From positions 51,288-115,287 of the IMG/VR virus record IMGVR_UViG_3300017791_000207: DNA of 64,000 bases; one strand, given 5' to 3'. This document shows positions 58,549 to 64,000 of this stretch, piece by piece. This DNA is from a virus (taxonomy: Duplodnaviria > Caudoviricetes). Position 1 is the first letter of the stretch, and each line of letters begins with the position of its first letter. A program made the position numbers and the translations under genes. The notes beneath the pieces are model-generated. The model worked only from the letters and a program-made list of their open reading frames with translations, made no database searches and was not told the DNA's origin.

Positions 58549-58579
58549 TTGGTTTTATAACTAATTTAGATTACCTTTG
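58548..58579 (+). promoter_or_regulatory. Bacteroidota-type promoter
   Basis: ATTG-N20-TACCTTTG. Confidence 0.55.
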
Positions 58580-58604
58580 CAAATAGTAATAACTAACTTA
58601 CCTA

Positions 58605-61166
58605 ATGAGTTCATTTCTCCCTCCTAATTACGTTCCTCAGTTTGGAAATTACATACCATCAATAGATTCAAATTCCTATGCTCAAACACAGGAAGTATAT
58701 AGACATGCAATATTACAGAAAGCACAGGATTACCAAAGCGGAATCTCCAAAGTCCAAGGTGCATATGACACTGTAGCAGGTTTAAAGATGGGAAGAGAAG
58801 TAGATACCCAATACTTAAATCAGAAAATACAAGGTATTCAATCTAATCTTCAAAAATTAGTTGGAGCAGACTTTTCTCAGGCAAATGTTGTAAATCAAGC
58901 AGCGGGATATGCAGCTCAGATTTATTCTGATCCACGTATTCAAAATGCAGCAATGTCAGCTCAAAATGCAGCAGATGCATCAGCACAAATTCAACAAGCT
59001 CATAAAGATGGTAAAGGTGCAGCTTCGAATGATAATCTTATTCTCCGTAATGTAAATGCATGGCAGAACGGTGATGAGAATGCAACACTAGGTAAACAAA
59101 CATATAATCCATATTATAACTACAATAAAGCATGGCAAGACTTTATTTCTAAGGTTCATCCAAATGTAGTTATCGAAGAAACACCTAATGGTGCAAAAAG
59201 TCCTTATGGAGTAGCATATACCTTAAACCAAGGTAAGAAAGAATATTTGACAGCGGGACAAATGCAACAGAATTTCAATACATTTCTTGCAACAGATAAT
59301 CAGGCTGCTCAACAGGTTCAAACAGACGCTTTATATTATTCAGATAGGACTCCAAATGAAGTAGCTATTCAAAATATCAATGCTAACTACAGAAACCAAG
59401 CAAATCAATTAGAAATTGCCGCTAAGAGAGCAGAAGAAAATAAAGCAATCTTCACATCTTCGGCTGATGTAGCAAGACTTGAAGAACAAAGACAAAATTA
59501 TCTTAGTCAGAGAGATTTAATTAATATGAATCTTGATAGGGGAGTTTATGCACAAGACTTTCTAAAAAATCCTGAGCAAGGTAAGATGAGTTTATTTCAG
59601 AGTAACTTATCGCAAGGAATTGCTAATGTTTATGCATATGATATTACTGAAAATAAGACAGTCAAAAATCCTGAGTTTGATGCTTTAATTGACCAAGACA
59701 GATTAAGTATTGCAAAGAATGATGCACTTTTACGTCAAGCTGAATTTGGACTTAGACAACAAGAGTTTGGTTTAAAACAACAGGAATTTCAATACAAACA
59801 AACCTCCGAAGGTAGGGATGCATCAGGACAGTTAACACCAACTTTTACTCCTGTCTCAGCTCCACCAACACCTGATCAATTTATTGCAGATAATGCCCAA
59901 GTAGGGGAGAAAGTAACACAAAATCAGTTGAAAGCTCTTTATGATACAGGCAATATGGACAGTCTCGTAAGAGTAGGTACTGATGCAAATGGTAATGCTA
60001 GATACTTTCTACAAAACGGTCGTACTGACCAAGACTTTCATAATACATGGGATAATATAAAACAAACATATGCAACTAATCCCAATACAGCCAAGGCTTC
60101 AATAAAAGCTTATTTTAGCAATCCCGATGATGCTTCTTCAGGTATAGGACTACAAAATATTTACTTCTCAACTCAGGCAGCCATTGATAACACAGAAAAA
60201 AGTCTTCAAGAAAGATTTGCCAATGATCCTGACTATACAAGGTATGTAAATTCTTTGAAGAATCTCGATGTGAATAGAGTTGTATTTTCAGCAAATGGTG
60301 TAAATCTTACGAGAGGTGATATTATTAAATACTCTGATAATATTAATTCAGGTAATAATAAAACATCAGGATTACCTCCTGAAAAAGTAGCTCTTATCCA
60401 ACAAGCAGAAAAATCATCACGACCTTCGGGAGGAAGTATTTATGAAATAAGTTCATCTCAACAAAATAATCCTTTTGCCTCTGTTCGTCAGGAATTAATA
60501 AGAGCTAACGATCTTGTCACAAATAAAAATAAATATAAGGAAGCTCGTACAGCAGCATATCAACCAAGATTAGCAGGACTTCAATCAACTGTAAGTTCAT
60601 CTGAATCTACAGCAGGTGCAAATGGTAAAGCTGTTCAAGATGATTTGGCAAGATTGCAATCAATTGTAGCAACTGGAAGAGATTCTGAAAAAGCTGCTTT
60701 AGATGGAGTGTTAGCTGATTCAGGACCTAAGACAAGAACATATACAAGAAATGCAGATGGAAGTTTCACTGCAACAATATCATCAGGTAAGAATACAGCA
60801 ACAGTAATATTAAGTCCTTATCAAGTACCTCAAGGTACAGGGTTGTTAAGACCAAATCCCAATGCAGTAATTGAAACTGATTTAAGAAATTCTCGTCAAG
60901 GAGGCAATGGTGCAAGTTCAACAACTTCTAATTATTATTATCCACAAACAAATAATCTACAGAATTATCAAATACAAGCAAAGTATAAAGATAATGGACA
61001 AGGGCAAGTTACCCCAATAATTCAATATCATGTAGTTGGTTCAAACACTTGGACACCACTTCCTGATAATATTTATTTCCCTTCAATAGACCAAGCTAAA
61101 GCTTATTTTAATGAGATTGCAGCTAAGGGTGACGATTACTTTGCGAAAACATTCTTAACAAGATAA
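58605..61166 (+). CDS. Internal virion/ejection protein
   Basis: 853 aa, helical, Q/N-rich; precedes the giant gene. Confidence 0.6.
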   Translation: MSSFLPPNYVPQFGNYIPSIDSNSYAQTQEVYRHAILQKAQDYQSGISKVQGAYDTVAGLKMGREVDTQYLNQKIQGIQSNLQKLVGADFSQANVVNQAAGYAAQIYSDPRIQNAAMSAQNAADASAQIQQAHKDGKGAASNDNLILRNVNAWQNGDENATLGKQTYNPYYNYNKAWQDFISKVHPNVVIEETPNGAKSPYGVAYTLNQGKKEYLTAGQMQQNFNTFLATDNQAAQQVQTDALYYSDRTPNEVAIQNINANYRNQANQLEIAAKRAEENKAIFTSSADVARLEEQRQNYLSQRDLINMNLDRGVYAQDFLKNPEQGKMSLFQSNLSQGIANVYAYDITENKTVKNPEFDALIDQDRLSIAKNDALLRQAEFGLRQQEFGLKQQEFQYKQTSEGRDASGQLTPTFTPVSAPPTPDQFIADNAQVGEKVTQNQLKALYDTGNMDSLVRVGTDANGNARYFLQNGRTDQDFHNTWDNIKQTYATNPNTAKASIKAYFSNPDDASSGIGLQNIYFSTQAAIDNTEKSLQERFANDPDYTRYVNSLKNLDVNRVVFSANGVNLTRGDIIKYSDNINSGNNKTSGLPPEKVALIQQAEKSSRPSGGSIYEISSSQQNNPFASVRQELIRANDLVTNKNKYKEARTAAYQPRLAGLQSTVSSSESTAGANGKAVQDDLARLQSIVATGRDSEKAALDGVLADSGPKTRTYTRNADGSFTATISSGKNTATVILSPYQVPQGTGLLRPNPNAVIETDLRNSRQGGNGASSTTSNYYYPQTNNLQNYQIQAKYKDNGQGQVTPIIQYHVVGSNTWTPLPDNIYFPSIDQAKAYFNEIAAKGDDYFAKTFLTR

Positions 61167-61169
61167 TAA

Positions 61170-64000
61170 ATGCCTGATTACTCAGAAATTAACAGATTAC
61201 AGCAGCAGGTGTTACAAACAAACGTAGCACCTACTCCTTTTAATGTCGCTCCAACTGTATCTTATCAAGAAGCAGGTTCAGGCCGTTATCCTAATTTTTA
61301 TATAGGATTGGATAATGAAGATATATATGGACAAAACCAAGGTACTTTAGATAAGTGGAAGAATGCAGCAGGTAAATTTGCAGCAACAACAGCTTCTACT
61401 TTTGTGCAAGGAACGGCGGGGTTAGTTAATGGTTTATATAATTGGGTACAAGATGGCAAGTTCTCTTCATTCTATGATAATGACCTCAATAAAGGTTTAG
61501 ACTCCTGGACACAAGGTTTAGAAAATTCTCTTCCCAACTATTATACAAAAGCTGAATCAACTGCTGCATGGTATTCTCCTAAGACATGGGGAACAGCAAA
61601 CTTTTGGGCTGACTCTGTGTTTAAAAATGCAGGATTTGCACTAGGAGCTTATCTTTCAGGTGCAGCATGGTCTAAACTTGCAGGAGGAACAGTAAGTGCA
61701 ATTTCCAAAGCCTTTGCGGAAGGTGAAGCAGCAACAGTAAATGCAAGTATCGAAGGAGCAAAAGACCTTACTGATATTTCAACAAGACTTACTCAAACAG
61801 CTAATAGAAGTAACCAGTTCGCCAAAGTTATTGATTTTGGTAAAAATGCAAGTAGAGCAGGTATTGCGACATTTGGTGAAGCCTCTATTGAAGCACTTAA
61901 TGCCAAGGATCAGTATAAGAAAGAACTTATAACACAATACCAAAATGCTCATGGTTACGAACCTACCACAGAAGATTTAGCTTATATTGAAGATTTATCA
62001 GATACTCTAGGTAATGGTACATTTGCAGCCAATATTGCATTATTATCAGTTACGAATTATATTCAATTTCCTAAATTAGCGGGTCTTTTATGGAAAGATG
62101 CTCGTCAAACAGTAGCTTCTCAAGGATTAAATGCAATTGAAAAAGTTGGAGATAGTGTATTAAATGAAACCTTACAAACAGCAGAAAAAACCACATCTAA
62201 ACTAGGAAGAATACTATCAACTTCCAAAGGTTTTGCACGTGCTTTCTTCTCTCCATCAGAAGCTTTCGAAGAAGGTGCTCAGTATGCTATTCCAATTACT
62301 ATTAAAGATTATATTAATAAAGGAGAGAGTAAAGAACCAAGAGATATTTTTACCTCCTTAGGTGAAGGAATTAAACGTACACTCACTGATCGTGAAGGAC
62401 AGCTTTCAATCCTTATCGGAGGTCTTTCGGGAGGAGTTATGGAAACTTTAGGAAGAATAAAAAGAGGTGAAGGGCTTATCGAAGGAGCACATGAAGCGAA
62501 AGTAAGAGATATTAATACAAAGAACTTTGTAGATCAAGCTAATAAATTTACATCAGATTCATACATAAGACAAGGTGTTGAATCGATGAATCGTACTCAA
62601 ACATCTTTAGAAGATACACAACAAGCAGTATTAGATAATAATAGATTGACATTTGAAGATAATAAAACAGACGGTATTTTATCTTATCTGATTCCTCGTG
62701 TACAGAATGGAAGATTTGATTTAGTACAAGATGATATCGAAGGTTATAGAGAATTAGCAAGAACAGCAGATGGATGGCAACAATTAATTTCCAATGGTAT
62801 AGTTACACAAGAAACTAATAAAGAAGATTTTTTTCAAAACCTTGATAGGCTTCAACAAACATCACAAAATCTAAATACCCAATTCGAATATCTTAAGACT
62901 AAATATCCGACATACAATCCACAAACCATTGGTTATATGGCTTATGCAGGAGCCAAGATTGATGATTATAACAAGAGGTTAGGTCAACTTATCCCTAATA
63001 TGGGAACTATTGATATTCAATCTTATATTGACAAGGTTAATAATAAAACTATTACAGAAGACGATTTTATAAACCTCAATCAACAAATTGAAGATTCTAC
63101 CAAAAATCAAAGCCCTGAAATAACTGACCAAGTACGTGAATCAGCAAGAGACATTTTAGAATTGACTGCCCGTCGCAATCTTAAAATAGAAGAGTATCAA
63201 CAAATTAAAACTAATCCTGAGGAATATACCCCTGCTCAAAAAGATGTCATAACAAACGAACCTTTATCAGAGGATAATCAAGTTCAACCAACAGATGAAC
63301 CTTATCAAGGTGATTTAACTGACCAAGAGTATAATGATTTCGTAGATAATAATGAAATATCAGCTAAAGTCTTAGAAGGTATTGCAGATAAAGTGCGTCA
63401 AAATTTACCACTTACCGAAAAAGAAACAGCAGTATTTAATGGTAGAACATCAGATATTAATAATATTCTCGAACAGCAATATCAACAAGTAGCTAAAGAT
63501 AATCTTCAACAAATAAGAGATTATCATACAGAAGCAATTCAACGTCAAGAAGAAGTTCAATCTCAAATAAATAATAGGAAAGAACAACTTCAAAACATTC
63601 AGGATGAATTAAAAATAGAGCAATGGAATGCCGAAGAAGCAGTTGCTCGTAAGAAAGGTTGGTTTCCCAAGTTTGTAAACAGTATTCAGGCTCTTACTGA
63701 ACTTCGAGATGAAGAACAAACTCATTTAGATAATCTTAATCAGGAAAATGAACAATTAACAGGATATATTCAAGAGTTACAAAACATCTTGGATAATCCT
63801 CCAACAAATCTAATTAAGCTTCAAGATGATATTAAGAACCAACAGACAGAATTAGAAAATCTAATATTAGACAATGGTAATTCTATCAACACTCTTTCAG
63901 GGATTATAAAATCTACCCAAGACCTTATTAACAGGTTAAAAAGTATCATTCAAGATAAATTAAGACTTTTCTCTAACAGGAACATAAATCCTTTGGTAGA
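61170..64000 (+). CDS. Giant virion protein, 5' part (vRNAP-associated locus of crAss-like phages); runs off the window
   Basis: ATG 61170 MPDYSEINRL...QNQGTLDKWKNAAGKF...LPNYYT...EAFEEGAQY; absent from the ORF track, consistent with no stop in the window; no RNAP catalytic motif seen here. Confidence 0.7.
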   Translation, partial: MPDYSEINRLQQQVLQTNVAPTPFNVAPTVSYQEAGSGRYPNFYIGLDNEDIYGQNQGTLDKWKNAAGKFAATTASTFVQGTAGLVNGLYNWVQDGKFSSFYDNDLNKGLDSWTQGLENSLPNYYTKAESTAAWYSPKTWGTANFWADSVFKNAGFALGAYLSGAAWSKLAGGTVSAISKAFAEGEAATVNASIEGAKDLTDISTRLTQTANRSNQFAKVIDFGKNASRAGIATFGEASIEALNAKDQYKKELITQYQNAHGYEPTTEDLAYIEDLSDTLGNGTFAANIALLSVTNYIQFPKLAGLLWKDARQTVASQGLNAIEKVGDSVLNETLQTAEKTTSKLGRILSTSKGFARAFFSPSEAFEEGAQYAIPITIKDYINKGESKEPRDIFTSLGEGIKRTLTDREGQLSILIGGLSGGVMETLGRIKRGEGLIEGAHEAKVRDINTKNFVDQANKFTSDSYIRQGVESMNRTQTSLEDTQQAVLDNNRLTFEDNKTDGILSYLIPRVQNGRFDLVQDDIEGYRELARTADGWQQLISNGIVTQETNKEDFFQNLDRLQQTSQNLNTQFEYLKTKYPTYNPQTIGYMAYAGAKIDDYNKRLGQLIPNMGTIDIQSYIDKVNNKTITEDDFINLNQQIEDSTKNQSPEITDQVRESARDILELTARRNLKIEEYQQIKTNPEEYTPAQKDVITNEPLSEDNQVQPTDEPYQGDLTDQEYNDFVDNNEISAKVLEGIADKVRQNLPLTEKETAVFNGRTSDINNILEQQYQQVAKDNLQQIRDYHTEAIQRQEEVQSQINNRKEQLQNIQDELKIEQWNAEEAVARKKGWFPKFVNSIQALTELRDEEQTHLDNLNQENEQLTGYIQELQNILDNPPTNLIKLQDDIKNQQTELENLILDNGNSINTLSGIIKSTQDLINRLKSIIQDKLRLFSNRNINPLV

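Noticed and set aside
368-62760. Short antisense or alternate-frame ORFs in the track (e.g. 368-622, 4328-4531, 19501-19692, 29259-29456, 50194-50445, 61741-61932, 62548-62760)
   Set aside because: Fully nested in long genes with clear motifs; shadow ORFs
1-64000. Stop-codon reassignment (TGA=Trp or TAG=Gln) as in some crAss-like phages, which would neutralise the TR TGA
   Set aside because: Long genes are open in the standard code, TGA and TAG end coupled genes, and the only clear tRNA has anticodon TTG rather than a suppressor anticodon
61170-64000. Calling the terminal giant ORF the RNA polymerase
   Set aside because: No DxDxD catalytic motif recognised in the visible part; only gene position supports the link

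Overview
AT-rich 64 kb segment of a crAss-like (Crassvirales-type, podoviral) phage genome infecting a Bacteroidota host; host inferred from many TTTG-N19-21-TAnnTTTG promoters. It has two divergent arms that meet at a largely non-coding block (~16.5-17.6 kb). The left arm (minus strand) carries many small early or host-takeover genes, a secreted T9SS-cargo-like protein, a chimeric SF2 helicase and a compact diversity-generating retroelement (DGR). The DGR consists of a target gene with VR 6543-6618, TR 6331-6406, a spacer and the RT 5229-6170. TR and VR differ at 18 of 76 positions, all at TR adenines. No avd gene is recognisable, the target is a small non-structural protein rather than a tail fibre, and the TR carries an in-frame TGA stop. 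The right arm (plus strand) carries a GIY-YIG nuclease, a BCS1-like AAA ATPase, GroES, TerL with an Ala-initiated class 3 LAGLIDADG intein, portal, major capsid protein, ring, auxiliary capsid and Cys-rich fibre genes, a GH19-like lysin, a holin, tRNA-Gln, an aberrant tRNA-like RNA, IHF-like/tail tube/muzzle genes, cargo proteins and the start of a giant virion protein. All assignments come from motifs and gene order read by eye; no searches were run.
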